From the NCBI GenBank assembly GCA_964036045.1, contig OZ038379.1, positions 17,794,001 to 17,858,000 of the forward strand: a stretch of 64,000 nt of DNA, read 5' to 3'. Both the position numbers and the translations under genes were made by a program. Positions 11,390 through 22,880 of the stretch are shown piece by piece. How positions within the stretch are numbered: position 1 is the first letter of the stretch; the number at the start of each line of letters is the position of its first letter. The notes under the pieces were generated by a model. That model ran no database searches. It had not been told where the DNA came from and was given only the letters and a program-made list of their open reading frames with translations. The stretch is from Eutreptiella sp. 'Long Island Sound 2002'. Lineage: Eukaryota; Protista; Euglenida.

Positions 11390-13679
11390 ATTTTGGCAAC
11401 CGCCCAAATACCATCAGCTTCCTGGAGAAATTGTTTTTCATGCACAAACAGAGCGTGTCACAATGATGGGGCGGTACTGCGAGCTGTGCGCAGGCTGTGC
11501 ACAAAGTTTTTACAGGGCCATACCCAAGCTGCGTAGCAGTGCCTGGTACCAGTAACAATGAGCTGTGTTATGCATTTATTTCCCATGCATGTCCATCCTG
11601 GGATTCACTAACCAAGACATCTTGAGAACACTGGCAGTGTATGCCCTGTACCGTAGAACCGTTGAAATTTCATGAGGGTAGGTTATTCTGGGATTCGTTT
11701 GCCTTGTAAAGGTGCCGTTTGCAAAAAAAAAAAAACGCAACAAAAATTAATGAATTATCTTGCGGTGCCTCGGCAAATTCCCCGCAAATTTAGAAAAATA
11801 ATGAATTATTGGCCTTGTGCTTCCCCATGCAGGTTTTTGTTGGCTGTTTCCACTTGACAGATGTTCACTTTGCAATCATATTTTTCTTCTTTGCCCCCGG
11901 AAGATGCCATTGCGCAGCGTTCAACGCGTCTTGAGCGGGCAGATGTTGAACAGTTCTGCCGCACTATTGTGATGGGAATGGTTGGCAGATGAGATTGTTG
12001 TGTGTACTCGTCTTGTTTGTGGGTGATGGCTCCCAAAAAATCTAACTGGGTTGCATATAGGCCTCTGCAGGGTGCAAGGTATGCTTAGTGGAGCACAGGA
12101 GCACAAATGACCATCTTGATGGGGCATCTGGGGGTGCTCTTGGTTGGCGTGTCCCATTTTTGGGGTTGCACCACGGCCATGACGCACCCAGATGTCATGT
12201 CATTCTTAGGCTAGCTCCCATTTGACTTGCTGCCAAATGTAACCCCCCTTGAGTACCTACCTGTGTGTGGCGGTATCCCCACATCCCTAGGGAAACATAG
12301 CCAAAGTGGCTGCCCCCCAACCACGGGGGAAAACAACAGAGCCGTGATGCGACGCAAGACAAGCAAACACGAGGGTGTATGATCTAGTAAATGACTAGGG
12401 ATCTACCTGTTGGGATGCACGTCCAGCTCTACTGAGAGATAGGCACTGTGTGCCACTTTTTCTGGCTTGAGTATTTCACTTTGAAGAGCTGCCTGCACAT
12501 GCTCAGCAGGGGGCCACTGGGATGCACTCTCTAGTTGTAGGCTTGGCTGCACTCTTGGCCGAGGGAGCAAGAACCTTCAAGAACACAACACTGCGATACT
12601 ACTAGTAGACACACAGGAGAAGCTCAGTATCCAACCTTCCAAGTAAAATTGGAAAAATCAAAGTGACACCCCTCCCCCGGGCACCAATCAAGGGTGGGTA
12701 GTGATAAGGGGGAGGCGGGGAGGTACTCTTGGTCTAGCATATCCATTAGGCACCATCACATGATACTGTGGGCAAAATCATCCAGAGAGAGGGGGGGTGT
12801 TTGCCCTGCGCACTACTGTTACTATGACGTTCCCATATTCAGTCCCCCAATTCACCATTACCCAATGAAGCCTCTCAGAATGTATCACCATGTGCCCAGC
12901 TTAGCATGCCTGTTTCACAATACACAAAGATGCACCTTGTAGCCCTGAAACACATTACACTGCGTGAACTGGGGGGACAACAGTTGAGGGAAAGGGGCTA
13001 GTGCATATCCCCATTTGGAAAGGGGTCGGTCCATATCCCCAACCGGAAAGGGGCAAGTCCACGACGAGAAATCATACCAAACTGCCCATCCCACCGACCC
13101 ACCCACCCACTCACCCATCCGAGGGGTGGAATCCACCCAAAAAACAAGAAATGTTCATGAGTACTCAAGATAGTTCTTGGAAAACAGGCGACTCAAGTGT
13201 ATGGTACACCCAATCCCCGTTAGACAAGGCACAAGGCGCAGACACATAGCTCATATACAAGGAAAGAGTGCGGCGGGCAACCGCCGCACCTTAATGGCAA
13301 AAGCCTGTCCGGAGGTACAATGGTAATCAAATGTGGGTACTTGGACCCTTCATTGTCGACTGGCGCTTTCCCAAAGGATGCGCATGGCCATGTCGTCACT
13401 TTGGTGCTGCTTGGCGCACTCATATGTGTCGACGCAGGGGCGCTTCCGCAACACACCTAGACGATGGCCACATGCTTTCTTGGCGCTGGGACAATGTTTG
13501 CAGATGTGTTTGGCCTGCAATCTTCCACAGCTTTCTACAACACCCAACAAACCCCCGCACACAAATCACGGAGGCAATACAGTTCAGAGTCCTGATGATG
13601 GGAAGCAGTCGGGAATCAGACGCTGCACCCCATTATCACTCCCAATCTGCGCCTTTGGGTGTGTGATGCATGGACGCAC

Positions 13680-13832
13680 CTCCAAAGCCGTAGCCGCATC
13701 AGCACCACCTTCGACCTTGTCTGCCTCCTCTGCCGCAACTGTGCTGGATTCCTGTGAAGCGGCTGAGACAGGCGGTTCGCTGGCCGCCTCAGGGTCAGGT
13801 TTCTTCCTTTGTCGCTTTTTCGCCGGCGATGC
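13680..13832 (-). CDS. Phase 0-0 exon candidate with NLS-like ASPAKKRQRKK and an acidic/Ala tract
   Basis: GACGCAG/GCATCG acceptor, GAG/GTGCGT donor, 153 nt open. Paralogous to 14647-14763. Confidence 0.5.
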
Positions 13833-14646
13833 CTGCGTCACAACAGTCGGGCTGCAACACCTGTGGATGCCCCCCACAGCCACGCCACTAGTTAGTAACC
13901 CGACCAAACCTTTGGTGTGGTGTGGTGTGGTGTGGTTTTAGGTATGGGGCGCACCGGCCCACCCCCTCCACCGTTCCGCTCGTCCGTGAAGAGGAGGGCG
14001 TATGCAAAATCGTTCCCATAGGAGAGTCTTGGGCTCCAGTTTCCTCCCTGCATTCACTGGACCGGAGCTCCGCCTTGCCCCTCCGCCATCCGCTCATGTG
14101 GGAGCTGGGGTTCAAGCAGGCGAACTTTCAACAACACGCCATAAACTATACCTCCATACCTCCAGGCCACCACCCACGGTCCCAAGAAAGGGGGGTTAGG
14201 TCGCTTGAAACCTCACTTAGCCACCAACGGACCAATGAGAAATGACAAACCCATCCCCTCCTCCTCCACAGGGGGCCGGCATACTACCACCACCCGAGTA
14301 GCACGTACACACATGCATCGGCGGGTCGAACCAGGAAAATAGCTGAACACAGCGCGATCACAAACTACAGCCAACACATCACATGCACCATTTTACTGGC
14401 CCTTAGTCCCAAGCCCCAAAACGAAGCAGCCGCAACAACAAAAAGCCACCCCCATCGCCAGTTGGCGGCGGGGGGGGGGTTCCCAAATGATTTGAAAAAT
14501 ATGGATGTGCGGGGCGTCCCGTAGCCGTTCACCTTCCAATGCGGAGGTGTTGGTTCAGGTGTCCACGGACAAAACTGCGGCGGCACCGCCATGAAGGCAA
14601 GCAGCCCTGCACATTGGTGTCGATGGGGCTTGGAGGGGGGGGCTAC

Positions 14647-14763
14647 CTCTGCCGCTGCATCCCCCGAGCCACCCTCAGCATCCTCCTCCATGGCAGTCTC
14701 CGAATCAGTCGGGCCGGCCGCTGGGTCGTCCTGCTTCTTCTGCCGCTTCTTCGCTGGCGATGC
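14647..14763 (-). CDS. Phase 0-0 exon candidate with NLS-like ASPAKKRQKK and an acidic tract
   Basis: CCCACAG/GCATCG acceptor, GAG/GTAGCC donor, 117 nt open. Confidence 0.5.
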
Positions 14764-14845
14764 CTGTGGGACAACACCAACACCTCCGGGACCCCTTGCA
14801 CTGCTCGAAGGGGGCATCGGGGCCGGTGGACGAGGAGTTGTTGAG

Positions 14846-17800
14846 TAGGTTGTTGAGGCGTCTGCGTTTTCATGTGCACTCCTCGTGTAACTGTTTTTGC
14901 GACCCATGTATGTTGGTAAACTAGGTCACCGCCTCCCCATCATTTGCACCGTGTGCTGCTTGAAGCTATAGCTCAGCGTCAACTATTATAGTTGTTGTCG
15001 TCCCCGCCTTGCGCTTCCGGTTCCGTGCCACGTACCGCACTGGTGCTCCTACTAGGTCACGCAGGTTCCGTGCGGTTTCCCGTGGTGGTCGGGGCTGTGC
15101 AATAAACCTATTTAGCCATAGGGGGGGCGGGGGTTGCTTTGGTGTGGGGTCGGCTAGCTTCTCTCTCAAGGCTTGAACGGCCTGGATTATCTGAAACTGG
15201 AAGAGGCCCAACTCGGCCCGTAGTTTGTGTCTTTATACATCGGATATGAACGGCGAAATGGTGGGCCTGCACGCTCCGATGCCCATCTTGGGGTCATTTT
15301 GAGCCCCAGCCAACACCCATGTTGTGCCCAAATCCGCGTTTTTTGCCACTTGGCACGCACAGGGGGTCTCAAGGCGGTAAAAGGCACGATCTGATATGTG
15401 CACCACTCGTAGCGCATTAGAATTTTTTTCATTTTTTGTAATTGTCTTATAATGTAGGCCAAGTGCAAGGGGTTGTGGTGCGCTGTACGTGAAATTTTTG
15501 GGCAATAGCACTGTCGACAAAAGGGGCCTCAATATATGAAAACATGTTGAACCGGCGAGGATCACATCCTCAATTCTAATTGCATGCACTATTGTGCGTC
15601 GGCATCTTGCATGCGCGCCGCCCGGCAATCAAAGAACGCAAACTGAGAAGTTCGACTCCAAACTATGCGCTGATTAGCATAAATACCGGTTCATTGCTCG
15701 TTGATGCTTCGCAAAAAGGCCCAATGGCCACCATGAAGAACAGTCTCACAACCTTGGTGCTTAGTTTGCACGCACTGTTAGATTTCTCCCATGGCAGTCC
15801 ATGAATTATATCTCTCTTGACAAACGATGACACATCTAAGAAGCAGTTCGTGCCTTGGCAGGATTGGCAGAGATACGAGAATTTTCACAATTAACGAATG
15901 TACAGCGATAGATAGTTGCTTTGGACCACTTTGTGGCAGAATGGGTTGCATGTGTTGTGTTTGGCGTTGTGTGTCCTTCATTGTACCGCTTGTTGTCAAA
16001 CCACTTCGTATACATTTTCCTCTCTCTGCCATAGTCAGCCCAAATGGTGGAGGGCGTTGCTGACCACGAGTGGGAGGAGACAGAGGCCACAATGGTGCAG
16101 GTGGCAGTGCAGCTAAGCGGTCTTCAGAAATCTGTCTTCAGAAAATCATCATCATCGTGACCCTCGGCTGAACGATCAGGAGCATCCTCTTGATCCCCGG
16201 GCTTCTTCTGCTGCTGCAACTTCTTCTCCTCCTCGACCTTCTCCTTCCAATGCTCCTTCAGGAGCTTTTGGTGAATTCGCGGGTCACTACATACGTTTGG
16301 GGTTGCAGTACCGCTAGCATGGTAGCTTGTCTAATGGTAGCATGCATGGTCTTCATTTGTGTCATTGTGGAGGGAGAGAGAGGCGGGGGGGGGGGGGATT
16401 TCGGCATGCAAGTCATGCAACCCCGAGACGGCATGCGTTATGTAGCCATCCAACCCGCATTCGGGCTCCCGAGAAGGCAATTGTTAGGTTGCCCCTCTTG
16501 ATTTTGTCCCCGCTGTAAGTGCTGGGAACCCCCAACAACGTAGGGTTGTTTTGTCAGTCTACCCATGTTTGGGCCCCGGAGACGGCAGGGGTTAAGTCGC
16601 CCTTTGGGCTCATCATCTGCACGTCTTTCAGATTTTTCCAGGAAAGGCACATTGTCCTACACAGTTGTGTGGTGGCTCAAGGCGCTAGCCCTGCACTTTC
16701 CCTCGGCCCTGGTGGTGCTCCGGACCTTGTAATTTGAATGTTGGTGTTGATCTTCCGAGCCATTAATGACACAATCCCATGTTTCATTGGACCATCGCAC
16801 AATTGCTCTGTACCCCCTACTGTAGCTTATAGGACCTTTGAGGCTAGGGCACCCGCTGGTTCCGGCCCCAAATGCGGCCAACGACCTCAATTCCACCTGC
16901 CATGTTGCCCTTTTGATATTCATGGCCTTCCTATTGGCCACTGGGTTTACGCTCCTTGTCCCCCCCCCCCCTCACAAATTGCACTTGTCCGCTTCCTGAA
17001 TCACGAAACAAGCACAACGCAGGAGAGCAAAAAACAAACACAACAGTATGTGAGGACACCGAAGAATGTGGACCAATATGTGGAACAGAATGTTTTTGCA
17101 TTGGTCCACGGCCCGGATTATCGGTTTATTACTTCCCCATTTGTATCCAACAACCATTCAGCTTTCAACAACCATCTAGCCACTGCACGTGTATTCATTT
17201 TCAAACCCCAAATACGCAAACCCAAAAGCCACAAGGAAGAATAGGTCCTACCCAATCCTTCTTGGATATCAAACAGCAGCTTAGCTATTCAGTGCTATCA
17301 CTAGGATTGTGATGATGGATTAACTTTTGAATGACAGAGACTTTTGCTCAATTTTTATGTATGGCACAATACACCAGCACTCTCAATGAATCACAAACCA
17401 CAAGCGACACAAATTCGTTGCCTTTGTGCGCCCTCGAATAGGGCTTCTAAGTTGTTGTTGGCCAGGGGCTCGGTTCAGGTTCAGGTTGGATGCACAGTGA
17501 GCTGCTACAGCGGTCACTGGCAAACTTGCTCCAGGAAAAAACCGTGGCACCCAATGATATTAGGATGCTCCAACTTCAAAAGTGCCTGCGACTTGGCCTT
17601 TGGGCAAACAAGAGGGAGAGGAACAGAAAGAACAAGATGAGCGGAGAACGACAAGGTATAAAGACTGCACGAGGTTTTCATTCAACCTCCCGGGTGTCAA
17701 ATTGAAACGCATTTGATATGCACTCTCACCTTGTTGAATCATTTGCCAGGGTTAATACTCAACCCAACCGTCCAAACTTTTTGGCATCTCTTGCTGCCAA

Positions 17801-19079
17801 TGAGCAACGCGCAGTACCCAATGCACAGTGCTTTGTAGTTTCCCTTGCTATCCTTTAGTTTACCGCTAAACACCTTGGTTGGCGCAAAAAAAAAACAGGC
17901 AATTAGTGCGCCATTCCAGGTTGTATTCTCGGATGCATTCATAAATTGTCAACAAGCTGCCCACTTTGGTGGCAGCCAGAGGAATGGTGGGCACCTTCAG
18001 GGCCTGATACAAAGCGACACCGAACCTCTTAGCACTCACACATCGCACAAACGTACATGTGCACACCCAAGATGCAACTCATACCTCCACTAATGCAATT
18101 GTTCCCTTCTGCCAGTAATCGCAAACTATCTTCTTCAATGCCACTATGGAGGTGCCCCACTTCACCAACCATACTTGGCCATACACTCCGGCACCAAGCT
18201 TCGTAACCACTTCATAGCATGGCTACACGCAAGGTGCAAAGAGTTGCACACAAAGACTTGCGAATGAAATACCCTTGGAGCCCAGGCCAATTCCAAGGCA
18301 AAAGACACATGACTGGAATGACAGGCTGAAAATCCTACCAACACCCTTGCTTCTTCTTTTCTTTCATTTTCACCCCTATCAAGGGCTTTGGCAGGCGTTG
18401 TTGAATCCCCCTGCAACCTCTTGCCCCGTCAACCGCGACTCTTCAACCCCCCTCCCCCGGCCCCACAAACACCTGCAGCCTGAGCCCTGCCCCGCCACCG
18501 CATGGCACGCATACCCTGCTCCAACACAATGGCCCCCTTTTCCGGAAACGCGGAGAGAAGCAGCTGGTGCTTCACCTCCGGACCGAGCGGACCGGGGCCC
18601 CCGACGGACGTCTGCTGGCGGGCGGGGGCGTGGGACACGCCGTCGCTGGGGCGGGGGCGCTTCGCAGGGACGGCGTGGGCGGTCATCGCAGTCCCCGGCC
18701 GCTTGCGAGGCCCAACCGGCGGTTGTGGAGCGGTTGCGGGACGGTTTGGCGGTTGGGCGGAGCAGCCGGCGCGAGAGGCGGTGCCCGTGCCGGACCCATC
18801 GCCCGAGGCGGTGCGGAATGCCGGACCCATGCTGGGCCGGTACCGTGAGGCCGGGCTGTGGGGCGGGGGCATCGCCGGGGCGTCGCGCGCGGCGGATCGT
18901 TGCCGGCTGCGGGGCCCGGAGGCGGCGCCGGGGGTACCGGGGGCAGCGGCCACGGCGGAGGGGCGGGCCACCACCTCGTGCCAACACATGCCGGCGCAGT
19001 AGACCACGCAAGCGGCGTCTTCGGGGAAGAGGGAGCGCGCGACGGACTCCCCGGGGCACTGGACGGTGGGGCGGCTCTG
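14846..19079 (-). repeat. Segment A (4234 bp), the in-context counterpart of the inverted A' copies
   Basis: Its reverse complement matches 28322-32614 and 37870-42163, and the ORF track mirrors it (for example 15778-16092 versus 31368-31682 and 40917-41231). Confidence 0.97.
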
Positions 19080-20033
19080 CACATGCACCGACGCGGGGGC
19101 GTCCTCTGGGGAGGGACCGAGCAGCCCGCACAACCGCTGAAGAAGCGTCTCCCGATTGGGCTCCCCCTCCGCCTCCCCATCTCCCCCGGCCTCCGGCACC
19201 GCCCGAGCGCTGGAGCGAGCGGTCGAAGTGGAGGATGATGATGATGATGATGATGATGAGGAGGAGGAGGAGGAGGAGGAGGAGGAGGGGGACACAGATA
19301 CGGCGTCGTCCGCTGCCTCCTCCTCCGCAGTCAAATCAACGGCCTCCAGGACTTCAGAGCCGCGGGCCTTCCTTGGACTTGCAGGTCTCTTTGTCCGGTC
19401 GCTCACCCCGCTGAGTCCATGCTGTGGCCCCTGTGTACCTGGTTGCTTCGACTTCACAGCCTGGCCGCCTTGATCCGCCCCCGGCTCATCATCAAACAAC
19501 CCCGATGGCACGAATTGGGTGAAGGCACGCTTACGCTTACCTTGACCTTGACCCTTCACCTGATCCTTCATATCGTAGCAATCAGATTTGTTCGTTGCAA
19601 ACGTGGGGATTCCTACAGATGTAAGGGGGTGGGGAGAGGCATACCCAAAAACAAGCTGGAATCCATGCCGTCTGCAACTGCATCTACTCTCATCCACACC
19701 TAAACCCCCACCCCAGGCCACACCATCACCCACACTCGCACCCACACCGACATGTCCAGCGCGGTAATGAGTTGCACCGCAGGTCGGCCACACTAGGCAT
19801 CCACCAGGGACATCATGGACCAGCTGATGCAGATGCCATGCCTCAAGACGACTGCAGACATTCGGCCGAAGTGCAACACCCACAACACCCTGGTAATGCA
19901 TGGTTTGTGGGCACCTTTTCACGGGTACCACATTCACACCCACATCCACACCCACACCCACACCCACAGCGCCAAATCCACACCCACACCCATACCCACA
20001 CCACATCCACAGCCATTCCCAAGCCTGCAACAA
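18429..20033 (-). CDS. Long open frame with a GC-rich, low-complexity Ser/Pro/Ala region, probably an exon of the LIM gene; true boundaries unknown
   Basis: 534-codon open frame with poly-Ser, a basic KRKR cluster and a G/GTATGC donor near 18514. The N-terminal part is microsatellite-derived. It is in frame with the LIM ORF across a single TGA (20037-20039). Confidence 0.5.
   Translation of the reverse strand: MLQAWEWLWMWCGYGCGCGFGAVGVGVGVDVGVNVVPVKRCPQTMHYQGVVGVALRPNVCSRLEAWHLHQLVHDVPGGCLVWPTCGATHYRAGHVGVGASVGDGVAWGGGLGVDESRCSCRRHGFQLVFGYASPHPLTSVGIPTFATNKSDCYDMKDQVKGQGQGKRKRAFTQFVPSGLFDDEPGADQGGQAVKSKQPGTQGPQHGLSGVSDRTKRPASPRKARGSEVLEAVDLTAEEEAADDAVSVSPSSSSSSSSSSSSSSSSSSSTSTARSSARAVPEAGGDGEAEGEPNRETLLQRLCGLLGPSPEDAPASVHVQSRPTVQCPGESVARSLFPEDAACVVYCAGMCWHEVVARPSAVAAAPGTPGAASGPRSRQRSAARDAPAMPPPHSPASRYRPSMGPAFRTASGDGSGTGTASRAGCSAQPPNRPATAPQPPVGPRKRPGTAMTAHAVPAKRPRPSDGVSHAPARQQTSVGGPGPLGPEVKHQLLLSAFPEKGAIVLEQGMRAMRWRGRAQAAGVCGAGGGGLKSRG
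19231..19287 (+). repeat. Compound microsatellite (GAT)n(GAG)n
   Basis: Read directly. It encodes poly-Ser in the minus-strand 534-aa frame. Confidence 0.95.
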
Positions 20034-20393
20034 TGCTCATACCGATCCCATACCAATACCAAAACCCACAAACGCACCAACACCCATGTCCACATCCATG
20101 CCCGCAACCACCGAGGTCACACCCCACTTTCGAACACTGACTTGTTCAAGCTGAATCTGAGTGGATGCTGCTGCTGCTGCTGTTGTGGTGACTCGGAGTG
20201 GCAAAGAGAGGGGCGTCGGGTTCAAAGTTGCTCCTGGAGCACTTAGAATGCCAAAACATGGGGTTTTCACCCATTTGGAGACTGTGATGGCGCATTTAGA
20301 TGCCTCGGAAAACCACAAAAAGCCTTGAAAATGCTCTGAAAATATCCCTTGTGCTATCCCGATACACTCCCTTGCTCCAATACCAGTTGGTCC

Positions 20394-20560
20394 GCAGTCA
20401 TCACAAACGAGACCACCGCGTACACCGTTGTTACGAAATTTGCCGTCCACAAAGGCTGTTCCGCATATGACGCACTTGCAACATGGGAGGTGATAATACT
20501 TGCCAGCCACCTTCACCATGTCCCGAGCCAGCGAGAATTTAAGGCAGACACGACACAACT
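20394..20560 (-). CDS. LIM-domain exon
   Basis: CRVC-x17-H-x2-C-x2-C-x2-C-x19-C-x2-C fits the LIM consensus exactly. It is preceded by the pyrimidine-rich acceptor CTTTCTCATCACAG, and the frame stays open to 20037. Confidence 0.85.
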
Positions 20561-22095
20561 CTGTGATGAGAAAGATACAGTGGAACCCAACACCACTTTT
20601 GTCCCAGTTTTGGACCCCTCAACCTTCCTCTTCTCCATTGATAGTGGCACATGTTCCGCTGTTGCTGGTGCTCATGTGCCCTCGCCAGTTCCTTACACTG
20701 AAAAGCATGAAACCGTGTGGTGATGGCATATATTGCACTGATGCAGCTACTCGTCTTTTCATTACGTTTTGAAGGGGTCTGTAAAAAGTCCAAAAAAATG
20801 GAGGGTTGAACGGTACAAGTGTTTGAGAGGAAAATTTTACATTTGGGGGGGAGAGGGGTCCTCCTAATTCTGCCCCCCCCCCCCCGCGCGGGACAGGGGT
20901 GATAGGTGTGCGTGTACGCGTTTTTTACGGCTAGCTTTTTCATTCCGAAACTTAGTAGAAGAATGTTGTTCTTCTCTTCTAAGGTGGTACAAGTTTTCTT
21001 GTATCAAATTTTGGACCTTAGCAGAAAGAAAACCCACCCACGGAAGAAAAACTTAGTACCAAAAATGTTTTCTTCCTAACTTTTAAAAGTTAGCAAACAT
21101 TTTCTTCCAATTCTTGGGGCATAAGAATAACAGGGAAAATCATCCTCCGGGTCCATGTACTGTAATATTTGCATATGCCTGAATGTGGTGCGCCAAGCAA
21201 CAAACGTAGCCTCTTACTTTATCTTCCGCCAATTGCTCTGCAGCTCCTTGCTTCCTTACCTCATATTCATGGCTCATAGGGATGTTGGATGTGTTTCAAT
21301 GGCTCTTCGTCTGCAGCAACAAGCCCCTGACCCTTAGAGCCCTTTTCTTTACGTTTAGACTAGAGAAACAAGTAGTGGTCCGTGGAGTGCCTGTCTCAAC
21401 ACCCCCTAAAAGGGTTCTGGCCAGATCTGATCTTTCCAACCACACACAAACGAATTAACTTTCACACTTTCACCAACTCAACAACCTCCAACAACCACCA
21501 TCGAAAACTACAATCAACAACGACAACACCCCCCCCTCCCGCCCAGAGGGACCGTCAATATGTAGGCTGCCCTTGTGGTGGGTCTGGGCATGCTGCACCG
21601 CTGTTTTCTGTCTGCTTGCTAGCAGCAGCTGCCCATAGGTCACTGCCTTGCCTCTAGAGAGGGGGCGGGGGGCAGCTGGGGCATTGCCCCCATTTCAACA
21701 CCATGCATTCTATGGTGCAACAATGTGAATGTGAATGGCCGGCATGCAAATGGCCCATCCCCTGTTCCTTGACAGCACGTGCACAATCTACTGCCGTTTG
21801 CTGTGGTGCCGGTCACAAGGGTTTGTGTGGGAGGAGGGGCAGGAGTTGGTACCGCTCCTCAGTCGCATCCCACCCCACCCCCCACCCCACCCAACCCCTG
21901 GGGGAGGGGGCCGATTCCCCTTCCCGCGGAAAGGCATAGGGTGTGCACACCTGGCACTCGTTTGCCCATGAAAGGAAGTGCCCTGTTGCCCTTCTTCCTG
22001 TCCTGTGTTTTTGTGGAGCTTGTCGAGGCTTCCATTAAGGTGGTAGTTACCAGCAGTGCGTACGCCATTGGAAAGTGTGACGTCAGAAAATGTGC

Positions 22096-22100
<5 letters not shown>

Positions 22101-22170
<70 letters not shown>
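22101..22170 (+). repeat. (CT)35 microsatellite
   Basis: Read directly. Confidence 0.98.
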
Positions 22171-22173
<3 letters not shown>

Positions 22174-22197
22174 GGAGTGTTAGTGCGCGAGGCGCGC

Positions 22198-22880
22198 ATG
22201 GGGCAATTTTTTGGGCTACTAGTGCTTCCTACCCCTATTTTACCGAGATGTCCGTTATGTCACGTGCACGATGGCACAACAGTGCACCATCGCCTAATGC
22301 ACCGCTTACGGTGGAAGGTGGCCTTCCGCACCATGTGGATCTCTACATGGGGCCCATGGTAGGATTATATGACCGAGTGGTGGTCACGCGCAATGACAGA
22401 AGATCTTCACCACGCGTCCTGTCTTCGTATCCCGGACCCGCTTTGTCGCAACTTGCCCCCCGGGTGCGGCGCAGAGTTTTGAGAGTGCGTGGCATGGCAC
22501 CAATACCATGCTCTCCATGGTGTGTGCCAACTACGGCGACAACTTACCATGCCCCCACGCGAGTCGCACTCACTGGCACACCAGTCCACATCGGTGCCAG
22601 CATGGTATACCAAGCTAAGACCCACCGACTCTGTACTCTGGGACTAGGTGTGATTTGTCCGCAGGGCACATAAGTGGCTGCAGCCCAGGGAACACGATCA
22701 AGAGTCCCTTTGCCTCCATCGGCGGACGTCACGCACCCTGCAGCAGTGCCGCCTATCACACCCACCTGTGGGCCGCGTGTTACCTTGACCACCGTGCCCC
22801 CAATGCCTCGCTGCAACATGAAGCGCGGTTGGCGGCATGGTACTTGGTTGAGCCCTTGCACCAATGACGCCACCATGATT
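22198..22880 (+). pseudogene. Probable 3' fragment of a non-LTR retrotransposon ORF2 (C-terminal Cys/His knuckle)
   Basis: CPLCHVHDGTTVHHRLMH resembles the LINE C-terminal C-x2-C...H-x4-C knuckle and is followed by a Trp-rich stretch. Stops and frameshifts are present, and no RT motif is seen. Confidence 0.45.

Noticed and set aside
11806-12187. SET-domain fragment, from GLYATQ
   Set aside because: Only a few residues match and the other SET motifs are absent.
18275-19414. 379-aa Arg-rich ORF and other long ORFs overlapping GC-rich exons (for example 50943-51977 and 52458-53414)
   Set aside because: These are antisense or off-frame shadows of GC-rich coding sequence and microsatellites.
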